NCBI GenBank assembly: GCA_026393755.1
Contig: JAPKZO010000040.1
Span: 39,311 to 103,310, forward strand
Length of the DNA: 64,000 nucleotides
Direction: 5' to 3'
DNA from: Acidobacteriota bacterium
Lineage (GTDB): Bacteria > Acidobacteriota > Vicinamibacteria > Vicinamibacterales > JAKQTR01
Shown here: piece by piece, positions 41,619 through 50,916 of the stretch
Position numbering within the stretch: the first letter of the stretch is position 1
Layout: each line of letters starts with the position of its first letter
Notes under the pieces: generated by a model
The model's database searches: none
Seen by the model: only the letters and a program-made list of their open reading frames with translations
Told to the model about the DNA's origin: nothing
Made by a program: the position numbers and the translations under genes

Positions 41619-42244
41619 GTCGCCTCAGGGCCTGTCAGGAACGGTCGCGCGGTGAATTCGTGCAGAGAATAGCACAAAGGCACCGGGGCGAATTCAATCA
41701 CTCCCGGAGTGATTACAATTCCGTAATTACTCCGGGATGATTGGACACTCAGCCGGGCGATCTGCTTCATGTGGTGGCGGGTGTGGACGAAGTGGAATCG
41801 GCGCCACTGCCCGGCGTCGAGCGGCCCGAGGATCGGATGATTGGCGAGTTTCGTCCGGCGTCCGAACCGCGCTTCGGCCGCCGCCGCCGCACCGTCCAGC
41901 TGCGCCAGGGCCGCCAGGGCATCGTCTCTGACGGTCGGGGCCGGGCTGGGTGACGGGAGGGCCACGGCAGGGGCCTGGGAGCCGGTCGGAAAGTGGCCGA
42001 GATCGACGACCACCCACGCGGCCACTCGCTCCCGCAGCGTAGGTCGCCTGCCCTTCGGCTTGTTCTGCCCCACGCATCGATTGAGGATATACGCCGTGCT
42101 GGTATACGTCCGAAGCAGATGGTCGAGAATCTGGGCGACGGACCAGCGGTCCGGCTGGCGACGACGCCCGATGTCGTCGGGCGCCAGATCAACGGTTGCA
42201 GCGCGCAGCGCGTCTGCGGTGGCCTGCAGGATGGGATGCAGCAC
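41525..42244 (-). CDS. DinB/DUF1569-like protein with an apparent 3' read-through extension
   Basis: Residues 1-165 look like a DinB-fold/DUF1569 protein (WSVAQILDHL, GQWRRFHFVHTRHHMKQI). The last ~75 codons run through repeat cluster D and 94 nt into the kinase gene. The biological C-terminus was probably near 41740. Confidence 0.65.
   Translation of the reverse strand: MLHPILQATADALRAATVDLAPDDIGRRRQPDRWSVAQILDHLLRTYTSTAYILNRCVGQNKPKGRRPTLRERVAAWVVVDLGHFPTGSQAPAVALPSPSPAPTVRDDALAALAQLDGAAAAAEARFGRRTKLANHPILGPLDAGQWRRFHFVHTRHHMKQIARLSVQSSRSNYGIVITPGVIEFAPVPLCYSLHEFTARPFLTGPEATWNPRLSARTVSSNGWEPVGWVRSTWRWTPV
41696..41742. repeat. palindromic repeat cluster D (2 copies)
   Basis: AATCACTCCCGGAGTGATTA at 41696-41715. 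TAATTACTCCGGGA-TGATT at 41724-41742, where one G is missing relative to the other 12 copies. Confidence 0.9.
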
Positions 42245-42253
42245 TTCGAAACC

Positions 42254-43372
42254 TCAGAGCGCCTTGTAGAAGCAGCGCCGGCGCCGATGCTGGCGGTTGG
42301 CGAAATGCTTCCACTGCGACTGCACCTTCTCGTTGGTTTCGAGTTCCGGCCCGGTCTCGGCGTACTTGCTGCCGTTCTTGACGGCCGACTTCCACACCTC
42401 GTTGATCAGCACCGCGTTGACGCCCTTGTTCTGCAAGTCCTGCCGCACCGCCGTCAATAGAAGGTCAAGGCGGTCGTTCTTCTTGAGCGCGCGCAGAATG
42501 CCCACGAATCCAAATGGAAACAACCGCCCGCGGCATCGCTGGAGCGCCTTCGACAGCGACGGCATCGCGACCCCGAAGGCGGCGACCTTCCCCTGCTGGT
42601 CGAGGATGATCTTGACGTACTGGTGATCGAGAAAGCCGAAGAACGCCTTCGTGTAGTACTTGATCTGCGGCTCCGACAGCAGGACGACGCTGTAGAGATC
42701 CTTGTAGGTGTCGTTGATCAGCGCGAAGATCCCATCGATGTACGGCAGCAAATCGCGCTTGCCTTTTGTCTCCAGGAGACGGAGCTTGCAGCGGTCGAGC
42801 ACGATTCGGGCGATGCGGTCGACGTTGTCAGGCATCTCCGCGGGCGTCTCGACCAGGTACTCCACCCAGTCCACGTCCTTGGCGTAGCCGAGCCGCTCGA
42901 GATGAACCGGGTAGTACGGGTGGTTGTAGATCGTGATGAGCATGTCCAGTTCATCGAAGCCGTCGATGAGCATGCCCTCCCGGTCCATGTCGCAGAATCC
43001 CAGCGGTCCGTGCACGCCATCGAGCGACTGCTCTCTCGCCCACTGTTCGACCGCGCCGAGCAGCGCCGCCGACACGTCCGGATCGTCGACAAAATCAATC
43101 CACCCAAACCGGGCCCGGCGCGACTTCCACGTCTCGATGTACCGGCGGCTGATGATGCCGGCGATACGGCCCACCGCCTTGCCGTCCTTGAACGCCATCC
43201 AGTAACGGGCCTCGCAGTACTCGAACGCGGGATTCCGATCCCGGCGGAGCGTGCTCAGCTCGTCATCCACGAGCTTGGGCACGTACTGCGGGTGCCCCCG
43301 ATACATCTTCTCGGAGAACGTCACGAACTGCTTGAGCTCAGATCGCGACTGGACTTCCCTCACCTCAACCAT
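42254..43372 (-). CDS. GNAT-family acyltransferase-like protein (372 aa)
   Basis: Clean 372-aa ORF with a Lys/Tyr/Asp-rich ordinary composition. The central and C-terminal parts (QDLQNKGVNAVLINEVW) look like an acetyltransferase fold. The family assignment is from memory of similar ~370-aa GNAT annotations. Confidence 0.65.
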   Translation of the reverse strand: MVEVREVQSRSELKQFVTFSEKMYRGHPQYVPKLVDDELSTLRRDRNPAFEYCEARYWMAFKDGKAVGRIAGIISRRYIETWKSRRARFGWIDFVDDPDVSAALLGAVEQWAREQSLDGVHGPLGFCDMDREGMLIDGFDELDMLITIYNHPYYPVHLERLGYAKDVDWVEYLVETPAEMPDNVDRIARIVLDRCKLRLLETKGKRDLLPYIDGIFALINDTYKDLYSVVLLSEPQIKYYTKAFFGFLDHQYVKIILDQQGKVAAFGVAMPSLSKALQRCRGRLFPFGFVGILRALKKNDRLDLLLTAVRQDLQNKGVNAVLINEVWKSAVKNGSKYAETGPELETNEKVQSQWKHFANRQHRRRRCFYKAL

Positions 43373-43404
43373 CAGTCACCTCGTGCTGTCGGATTGAGCG
43401 GCGG

Positions 43405-44478
43405 CTACTTCTCCGTGGCTTTGAGCAGACCGGCCAGATGGTCCTTCCACAACGCCGCGATGGTGTGGCTTCCGTGGCCTCGGGTCTTGTCGCCCAGTGG
43501 AATGACGAACGCGGACCCCTTCGCCACGCGTGTGATCTCCCGCTCGAGGATGCGCAGTTCGGGCGGGTTGATGAGGTCGTCCGCTGAGTTCACCGCCACC
43601 AGCGGCGCCTTGATCTTCTCGAGTGCCGGACCCGGATCGTAATCCCAGGACGCCTGAAGCGCGTACAGCACGTTGTTCGCGTCGGCGGTCTTCATGTAGT
43701 TGTTGACGTACGTGTCGAAGGCCTTGTCGGCGGCTTCGAATGTCGGCGCCGCCGCCTGGTGCAGCGCCGGGTTGCTGCTCATCAAGTCCAGCATCCCGGC
43801 CGCCGTGCGCAGCCCCCTCGGCTGAGCCGTGTAGTTTCCGCCCTGCCACTCGGGGTCGCTGCGAATGGCATCGATGGCGATCCTGCGCCACATGCGGTTG
43901 CGCCCCGCGATTTGCGTGGGCAGGCTGGCGAGCGGCATCAGGGCATCCATGAAATCGGGGTACATCTCGCCCCACAGCCAGGAGTGCATCCCGCCCATCG
44001 ATGTGCCCATCACCAGACGCAGGTGGTTGACGCCCAGCCCTTCGGTGAGCAGCCGGTACTGGGCGGTCACCATGTCGCGGTAGCCATACTTCGGAAACGC
44101 CGCGCGCAGGCCGTCGCTCGGCCGGCTCGATCCGCCGTGGCCGATGTTGTCCACCAGGATGAGAAAGTACTTCGACGCGTCCAGCAGCTGGCCCGAGCCA
44201 AACAGCTCACCTGCGAACGACGCCGCGAGGAACTGCGCACCGCTGCCCGTCGTTCCGTGCAGCACGAGCACGGCGTTGCGGACCAGACCCGCGGCGTCTT
44301 TTCGCGGCTGACCGATGGTCCGGTAGTGCATGCGCAACTCGGGCAGACTCCCGCCGCTCGCGAAGGCGAAATTCTTCAGGACGTAGTCGCCCTGCACCGG
44401 CGCGGGATACTCAGCGGCAGCACCGCTCGGCGCGGTGGCAAGCAGCAAGGCAGCGGCTATACAAATCGTCCGTTTCAC
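43405..44478 (-). CDS. secreted alpha/beta hydrolase (MetX/homoserine-acetyltransferase-like fold)
   Basis: Signal peptide (ICIAAALLLATAPSGAAA). Nucleophile elbow GTSMGG. HGTTGSG oxyanion region. C-terminal GHGSH. Confidence 0.8.
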   Translation of the reverse strand: MKRTICIAAALLLATAPSGAAAEYPAPVQGDYVLKNFAFASGGSLPELRMHYRTIGQPRKDAAGLVRNAVLVLHGTTGSGAQFLAASFAGELFGSGQLLDASKYFLILVDNIGHGGSSRPSDGLRAAFPKYGYRDMVTAQYRLLTEGLGVNHLRLVMGTSMGGMHSWLWGEMYPDFMDALMPLASLPTQIAGRNRMWRRIAIDAIRSDPEWQGGNYTAQPRGLRTAAGMLDLMSSNPALHQAAAPTFEAADKAFDTYVNNYMKTADANNVLYALQASWDYDPGPALEKIKAPLVAVNSADDLINPPELRILEREITRVAKGSAFVIPLGDKTRGHGSHTIAALWKDHLAGLLKATEK

Positions 44479-44711
44479 GACAGTGTCCTCCGGAACGGGC
44501 CAGCAGGCATGTGTGCGATGGTGTGTGCACCAGTATATCGACGGCGGCTGCCATCCGTGACGAAGGAAACGCCACGGAGGAGACGGGGCGCGAGCGCCTC
44601 ACCCGCCAGGCCGACTGGAGGCTGCAGAGGAATTCTCCGTGCAATCCGGCAGACTGCGGTCCCTCGGCCTTCGTACAATCCGCATCCATCTGACACTCCG
44701 GGGAGGATGCG

Positions 44712-45827
44712 ATGAGCCCGAGGGCGCAACCGGCGATCGTGATGACCTGTGCGGCGCTCCTGCTGACCAGCGTGCATGCCGGCGCGCAACCGCCGGTCCC
44801 GATTTCAGACGCCGCGAACCAGCAAGAGACCCTGAATGCCGCCGAGCGGCGCAGCGCCGTCAACGGCGCGCTGGCCCGGCTGGCCGATCCGACGCGGCGG
44901 TCGGTCGGCAGCGGACCAGCGCCCACGTTCATCCTCGAAGCGAGTTCCACGACGAAGATTGCCGGCGCACGCATCGGCTTTCAGTACCGGGATTGGCTGC
45001 TCGACATAAAGCTTCAGGGCGTGGTCGACGGCACCTCACGGCAGGCGGTGTTCGCCGATCTCGATGGACTTCGCTACAAGTCGACCGTGGAGTTTGGCCT
45101 GCTCTGGACCAGCTACCCGTCCGCCGTCGCGCGCGAGAAGCTCGATGCCGCGTGCCGTCAGTACGAGCAGGCACAGCAGATCACTCTGCCGAGGCGGCCG
45201 TGCTCGATTCGCGATCTGCGGCATGAAGGTCCGAACGGGGCGCTCGCCGCGGCGGAGACACCGCAGCTGCACGCGGCTGAGGAGGTGGCGCGATGGCTCG
45301 CTCCGCGGCGCCTGTTCCTGGCCGGCGTCAGTTACACGTTCGGCCCGGAGCGGTTCAGCTTCGTCCCCACCCCAACCGCGTCGAGCGAAACCGAAACCCG
45401 CGTCAATTGGGCGCTGACGGCCAGGGCCGGGCTCGTCGCCAGCGAAGCGCTCTCGTACGGAGCGGAGTATGCGCGGGTGGTGGAATACCACGCGGGGAAC
45501 AGCCGCCAGATCTGCGTCCCCCTCGGCGACACGGGCGTGCTTGAATGCGTCAACCGGGCGGTCGGTGGTGTGACGATGGCCCGGACCCACGTCCTGACAC
45601 TGGAAGTTCGCCGGCTCTTCGGCCCGACCGTCGCCGTCAATCCCCGCCTGTCGGTCAATCCGTCATCAGGCGGCGTCCGATTCGACCTGCCGGTGTACTT
45701 CCTGCACAACGCCAAGGGCGGCCTCGCCGGCGGTGTGACGATGAGCTGGCGCCACTTTCGAACGACGGGCTCCACCATCGAATTGACCGCGTTTGTGGGA
45801 CAGGTGTTCGGCCTCATCCTCAGGTAA
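44712..45827 (+). CDS. hypothetical secreted/outer-membrane protein
   Basis: Signal peptide (VMTCAALLLTSVHAGAQ), beta-rich sequence, ends FVGQVFGLILR. No family recognised. Confidence 0.65.
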   Translation: MSPRAQPAIVMTCAALLLTSVHAGAQPPVPISDAANQQETLNAAERRSAVNGALARLADPTRRSVGSGPAPTFILEASSTTKIAGARIGFQYRDWLLDIKLQGVVDGTSRQAVFADLDGLRYKSTVEFGLLWTSYPSAVAREKLDAACRQYEQAQQITLPRRPCSIRDLRHEGPNGALAAAETPQLHAAEEVARWLAPRRLFLAGVSYTFGPERFSFVPTPTASSETETRVNWALTARAGLVASEALSYGAEYARVVEYHAGNSRQICVPLGDTGVLECVNRAVGGVTMARTHVLTLEVRRLFGPTVAVNPRLSVNPSSGGVRFDLPVYFLHNAKGGLAGGVTMSWRHFRTTGSTIELTAFVGQVFGLILR

Positions 45828-45836
45828 GATTCCTAC

Positions 45837-46991
45837 GTGGCGACCGTCACCATTCTGGCCGACGAGAACATCCCGTTCGCTCGGGAGGCGTTCGGCACGC
45901 TCGGCGAGGTGCGCCTGCTGCAGGGGCGCCGGATCACTCGTGATCATCTCCGTGACGTCGATCTGCTCGTCGTCCGGGCGATCACGCGCGTGGACGAGGC
46001 GATGCTGGCGGGCACGCGGGTTCGATTCGTCGGCACCGCCACGTCCGGTTCGGATCACGTGGCGATCGACGATCTAGCGCGGATGGGGATCGCGAGTCAT
46101 GCCGCGCTCGGGTGCAACGCCAACGCCGTCGCCGAATACATCGCTGCCGCGTGGCTCACGCTGGCTCGCCGTCACGGATGCGCGCTCGCCGGAAAGCACG
46201 TCGGCATCATCGGCGTCGGGCACGTCGGTTCGCTGGTTGTCGAAAAGGCGACAGCGCTCGGCATGGTGCCGGTCCTCAACGATCCGCCGAAATCACTCGC
46301 CACCGGGAGCGACATCTATCGCCCGATCGACGAGCTGCTCGACTGCGACATCATCACGTGCCACACGCCGTTGACGTACGACGGGCTCTTTCCCACGTAT
46401 CGGCTCATCGGCGAGCGGTTCTTCTCGCGTCTTAAACCGGGCGCGTGGTTCTGCAACGCCGGGAGGGGCGAGGCCGTCGACGAGAGGGGGCTCGGCCGCG
46501 CCCTCGGAGACGGTCGGCTCGATGCGACAGTCCTCGATGTCTGGGATCACGAGCCGGCCATTGACGGGCAGCTCCTCGCCGACGTCGACATCGGCACACC
46601 TCATGTGGCGGGCTATTCGCTCGAAGGCAAGTTGAACGGCACGGCGATGGTGTACGACGCCGCCTGCCGCTTCCTCGGCGTCGAGCCGGCGTGGCACGCC
46701 GGGGCGACTGCGCTGCCGCCCTCTCTCCCGCCACCCACCGTCAACGCCGCAGGACGAAACGAGGTGGAGGTGCTGGCGGACGTCGTCGCGGCGGTGTGTC
46801 CGATCGCACGCGACCACGAGGCGCTCCGCCGAACGGCGCCGATGACGCCTGGCGAGCGGGCTCTGGTGTTTGACGAGTTGCGCAGCACTTATCAGATGCG
46901 CCGGGAATTCCGCCAGACCACGGTGACCGTCACCGGCGGATCGCCCGAGTTGATCAGCACGCTCCGCGCGCTGCAGTTCCACGTGACCTGA
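45837..46991 (+). CDS. pdxB: 4-phosphoerythronate dehydrogenase
   Basis: GTG start. The N-terminus ILADENIPFAREAFGTLGEV is characteristic of PdxB. NAD-binding GIIGVGHVGS. 384 aa with the C-terminal dimerisation domain. Confidence 0.85.
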   Translation: MATVTILADENIPFAREAFGTLGEVRLLQGRRITRDHLRDVDLLVVRAITRVDEAMLAGTRVRFVGTATSGSDHVAIDDLARMGIASHAALGCNANAVAEYIAAAWLTLARRHGCALAGKHVGIIGVGHVGSLVVEKATALGMVPVLNDPPKSLATGSDIYRPIDELLDCDIITCHTPLTYDGLFPTYRLIGERFFSRLKPGAWFCNAGRGEAVDERGLGRALGDGRLDATVLDVWDHEPAIDGQLLADVDIGTPHVAGYSLEGKLNGTAMVYDAACRFLGVEPAWHAGATALPPSLPPPTVNAAGRNEVEVLADVVAAVCPIARDHEALRRTAPMTPGERALVFDELRSTYQMRREFRQTTVTVTGGSPELISTLRALQFHVT

Positions 46992-47014
46992 CCGGTCGGC
47001 TGCCGGGTCCGGAC

Positions 47015-47069
47015 GATCACTCCCGGAGTGATTGCGTCCGCCGGACAACCAATCACTCCGGGAGTGATC
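47015..47069. repeat. palindromic repeat cluster E (composite 55-bp palindrome)
   Basis: GATCACTCCCGGAGTGATTG (47015-47034) and its exact reverse complement CAATCACTCCGGGAGTGATC (47050-47069) flank an inner palindrome GTCCG-C-CGGAC (47036-47046). The element lies between convergent stops (46991 and 47074). Confidence 0.95.
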
Positions 47070-47073
47070 GTCT

Positions 47074-50000
47074 CTATGTTGCGGAACTGTCGAGTTGCTC
47101 CCGTACCTTGCTGGCCAGGGATGCGGGCGTGAACGGTTTGGCAAGAAACGCGAACGACCCGGTCCCGACTTCCTGGCGGAACATCTGGTCGTCGGTGTAG
47201 CCGGACATGAACAGCACCTTCATGTCGGGGCGCCGGGGCTTCAGACGGCTCGCCAGCTCGGTCCCCCGCATCTGCGGCATCACGATGTCGGTCACCAGTA
47301 TGTCGATCGGTCCCTCATGCCCGGCCTCGAACCCCAGAGCCTCCGGACCGTTTGCCGCTTCGAACACGTCATAGCCGCGCTGGCGGAGGATCGAGGCGGC
47401 CAGCCGGCGCACCTGCACCTCGTCTTCGACCAGCAGTACGACCTCGGATCCTCTCGGCAACTCGACACGCTCCTCGGGCGTTTCTTCGACCTGCGCCGGC
47501 GACGTAGCCACCGGCAGGTCGACGTGGAACGCGGTGCCGCGACCTCGTGCCGTGTCGATCGTGATCTGTCCCCGCAACTGTTTTACGATGCCGTAACAGG
47601 TCGCCAGACCGAGCCCGGTTCCCTTACCGGCTGCCTTGGTCGTGAAGAACGGATCAAAGACGTGAGCGGCCGTCCGTCCGTCCATGCCGGTACCGGTATC
47701 GACCACTGACAGCCTGACGTACGCACCCGGAGGCGTATCAGGTTCACGCGTCGGGTCGCCCTCGGCCATCTCGACGTTCGCGGTGCGGAGTGTCAGCGTG
47801 CCACCGTCCAGCATCGCGTCTCGCGCGTTGACGGCCAGGTTGAGCAGCACCTGTTCGATCTGGGCGGGGTCGACGTGCACGGCCATGGCATCGGGCGCCA
47901 GGATCGTGACCAGCTCGACGTGCTCGCCAATAAGACGCCTCAACATGCGATCGGTCCTCAAGACCAGATCGTTCAGATTCACGGTCCGCGGCTCGACAAT
48001 CTGTTTGCGGGCGAACGCCAGCAGTTGGCGAGTGAGCTTCTCCGCGCGCTCGGCCGCCACCTGGATCTGCCCGACCTCGCCGTGCCGCTCGTCTCCCGGC
48101 TCCAGCGCGTCATCGAGCAGCGACGCATTGCCCATGATGATAGTCAGGAGATTGTTGAAGTCGTGCGCGATGCCTCCCGCCAGACGCCCGACGCTTTCCA
48201 TCTTGTGAGCCTGCTGAAGCTGCGCTTCGAGACGCCGCTGCGCGGTGACATCGAGAATCTGCCAGACCAACGAGGGCTTTCCGCCAATCTCGATCCGCGC
48301 CGGGTAGAGGACGACGTCGGCTACCTCGCCCGACTTGCAGCGCAACTGCGTCTCAATCCGGTGACTTCCATCAGGGTCGTCGAGTGCTGACACTACCGCA
48401 GCGCGATCCTCTGGCCGAATCCAGAAACCGATGTCGGTCACCGTCCTGCCGATCACCTCGTCGTGGGTGTATCCAAAGCGCCGGGCAAACTCCTCGTTGA
48501 TATCGACGATGCGACCCTCTTCGGGCGACGAGATTCCGGTGGCCAGAGGACTGGAATGGAAGATCTGGCTGAATCTCTGCTCTCGCTCCTGGAGTTCGCG
48601 GTGATGCCGCCGGCGGCGAATGCCGAGATTGACGACCAGACCGAGGCTGATGATGCCGAGCGTCGCCATCGGCACGTAGAAAGCCGGGCGCAGGTAGAAC
48701 GGCCGGGCGATGGACACGGGAATCGTCGCCACCGGTCCAGGATGCCCAAGCAGGCCTTTCGCCTGGATACGAACGACATGGTCGCCTGAAGCGAGCGAGC
48801 CGAACCTCCGTGTTCGTTCGGTCGACCACATGGCCCAGGGGCCTTCGTCGATCCGGACACGGGTCGGGACATCGTCTGACGCCAGTTCACCCCACCACGC
48901 AAACGCCCGCCAGCTCACCTGGACCGCGTCGGCTTCGGTCACAGGGGGCTCATTGATCACGATTGGGGGCGGCGATGGATTCCCGACGTCCAGCACGGCC
49001 AGCCCTCCACCGTTGGTTCCGATGTACGCGTAGTCAGCCGCTGGCCGCACGGGCCACACCCTCGTGCTGCGCAGCCCGGCGCGCGTATCGAACGTCGTCC
49101 AATTGCCGTCCTCGAGGACCGACAAGCCTCCGAGGCACGAGACCCACACACGGCCCCGCGCGTCTGGCTGGACCGACCACACGTCATCGCTCGCCAGCCC
49201 ATCGCGGCTGGTGAAGTAGCGAATCGTGTCGCCCTGCAGCCGGCCCAGGCCCCCTTTCGTCTGGTGCCCGAACCACACGGCACCCGACAAGTCCACAGCG
49301 AGGCTGAATATCCTGTCGAACGCAAGTCCCTCCGCGAGCGTCCAATGACGCCACTGGCCGTGGAAAAAGCGGCTCAGACCTCCGCTGGTACCAAACCAGA
49401 ACGCGCCGTCCGGCGCCTCCGCGAAGGCGTAGACCCGGCCGCTCTTCAGTCCTTCGGCCACGCTCCAGCGCGTGATGCGGCCGTCGGGACCAAGCTGGAA
49501 GGCGCCAGGACCATCGATCGGCCGCGTTTCTCCTGCTCCTGCCGTCGACGCGAGACCCAGGAACCACACGCCGCCGCCTGAATCGGAGGCCACGTGATGC
49601 ACGTAAGTACGATCCAGCAGGGGGTCGTCGGTCAACCGGTGCCAGCCCTTCCGGTCAAGCCACCGCACGCCGGTAAAGCTGCCCCCGCTCGAGATCCAGA
49701 GGCGACCCCGGGAGTCCCGCATCACGCCTGTCACGGTGCCGAGGGCTTCCCGACCGATTCGCTGAATGTGTTCGGAGACCTCACCGTTGCGCTGCACCCG
49801 AACAAGCCCATTGGCTGTCGCCAGCCACATGCCGTCGTGGCCTCGATAGATGTCGTTGACACCATTGCGGCCGTCGGCCGACGGGAACGACAGAAATGTC
49901 CATCGGGTGACCGAACGGCTGGCGAGGAACAGGCCGTGGTCCGACGTCACCCACACGTCGCCGTTGGCCCGAACTCCTATCCCATGTGCGTCCGTCATCT

Positions 50001-50916
50001 CGGCGAAGCGTGTGGTCAGCGGGCCCCACGACTGATTGCGGAGGACCGTCAGTTCGCCGGTCTGGTGCGCGGCCAATATATTTCCATCCAGCGTGACGGC
50101 CAGCGACACCGTCTGGCTGAGAATCGGCTGGCGCGTGCCCCGCGGAGCGGTCGAGTTCGAGGTGTCCCACCGCCACAATCCGCGGGCCGACTGTGGGCTC
50201 TCGATGTACGCATACGCCCCCTCGTCAGGCCGCTCAATGACTGTGGAGAGGAGGTACGGATCGGTGCCAGGCGGCATCCGCGAACGCCAGGTCGTCCCGT
50301 CCCAACAGTACAACCCCTGATCGGCACTGATCCATGCTGCTGCCGAGCCCGCCTGGTACAGATTGAGCACGCGGCCAAATCGCGCCCCGGCCTCGTGGGG
50401 TCTGAATGTCTTGCCGTCCCATTCGAACAGCATGCCAGCGTCGTCGAGCAGCAGCAGAGGACCGTTGCGCGCGCCGGCGATGGCCCGCCACCGGCGACTC
50501 GTCCCGTCCGCGGCTGCCTCGGCCACTCGGAAACCGTGGCGATCCCCGACCAGGAGTTGGCTCGGAGCGAGCACGGCCAGCCCGCTGCCTGAGAGGGCCG
50601 CAACGTGGAACGCCCGCTGCTCGAACCCGGCCGGAAGCGGCACTTCTCTCCAGCGGAACCCGTCGAAGTACGCGATGTCCCCGCCGGCGAGCACCCACAT
50701 GGTGCCGTCGTAGGCCTCGACCGCGTCGACGACCCTGTCGGACGGCAGTCCATCGAGGGTCGTGAATCTGGACCAGCGCCAGAGGTCGCCTGGCGCGGTG
50801 GGCTGAGCCTCCGCAGAGGTGGCCAGAACGGCGCCAAGCAGCAGCGCGGCTAGCAACGTCGACAGGCGACATCCGCAGGGATAGAGCGAACGAACGTACA
50901 TCGGCGTGTGTATCAT
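47074..50916 (-). CDS. hybrid sensor histidine kinase/response regulator with periplasmic beta-propeller (two-component regulator propeller-type) sensor
   Basis: Signal peptide. About 700 aa of repeated W/GL-containing propeller-like units. TM, PAS, H-box IAHDFNNLL, HATPase boxes, C-terminal REC (VLLVEDE, ILVTDIVMPQMRG). The start is 50916 or 50901. Confidence 0.9.
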   Translation of the reverse strand: MIHTPMYVRSLYPCGCRLSTLLAALLLGAVLATSAEAQPTAPGDLWRWSRFTTLDGLPSDRVVDAVEAYDGTMWVLAGGDIAYFDGFRWREVPLPAGFEQRAFHVAALSGSGLAVLAPSQLLVGDRHGFRVAEAAADGTSRRWRAIAGARNGPLLLLDDAGMLFEWDGKTFRPHEAGARFGRVLNLYQAGSAAAWISADQGLYCWDGTTWRSRMPPGTDPYLLSTVIERPDEGAYAYIESPQSARGLWRWDTSNSTAPRGTRQPILSQTVSLAVTLDGNILAAHQTGELTVLRNQSWGPLTTRFAEMTDAHGIGVRANGDVWVTSDHGLFLASRSVTRWTFLSFPSADGRNGVNDIYRGHDGMWLATANGLVRVQRNGEVSEHIQRIGREALGTVTGVMRDSRGRLWISSGGSFTGVRWLDRKGWHRLTDDPLLDRTYVHHVASDSGGGVWFLGLASTAGAGETRPIDGPGAFQLGPDGRITRWSVAEGLKSGRVYAFAEAPDGAFWFGTSGGLSRFFHGQWRHWTLAEGLAFDRIFSLAVDLSGAVWFGHQTKGGLGRLQGDTIRYFTSRDGLASDDVWSVQPDARGRVWVSCLGGLSVLEDGNWTTFDTRAGLRSTRVWPVRPAADYAYIGTNGGGLAVLDVGNPSPPPIVINEPPVTEADAVQVSWRAFAWWGELASDDVPTRVRIDEGPWAMWSTERTRRFGSLASGDHVVRIQAKGLLGHPGPVATIPVSIARPFYLRPAFYVPMATLGIISLGLVVNLGIRRRRHHRELQEREQRFSQIFHSSPLATGISSPEEGRIVDINEEFARRFGYTHDEVIGRTVTDIGFWIRPEDRAAVVSALDDPDGSHRIETQLRCKSGEVADVVLYPARIEIGGKPSLVWQILDVTAQRRLEAQLQQAHKMESVGRLAGGIAHDFNNLLTIIMGNASLLDDALEPGDERHGEVGQIQVAAERAEKLTRQLLAFARKQIVEPRTVNLNDLVLRTDRMLRRLIGEHVELVTILAPDAMAVHVDPAQIEQVLLNLAVNARDAMLDGGTLTLRTANVEMAEGDPTREPDTPPGAYVRLSVVDTGTGMDGRTAAHVFDPFFTTKAAGKGTGLGLATCYGIVKQLRGQITIDTARGRGTAFHVDLPVATSPAQVEETPEERVELPRGSEVVLLVEDEVQVRRLAASILRQRGYDVFEAANGPEALGFEAGHEGPIDILVTDIVMPQMRGTELASRLKPRRPDMKVLFMSGYTDDQMFRQEVGTGSFAFLAKPFTPASLASKVREQLDSSAT

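Noticed and set aside
44628-44643. Sigma-54-like motif AGGAATTCTCCGTGCA upstream of the 44712 gene
   Set aside because: The GG/GC spacing is right, but the -24 (GGAAT) and -12 (GTGC) elements deviate at several conserved positions. It is too weak to call.
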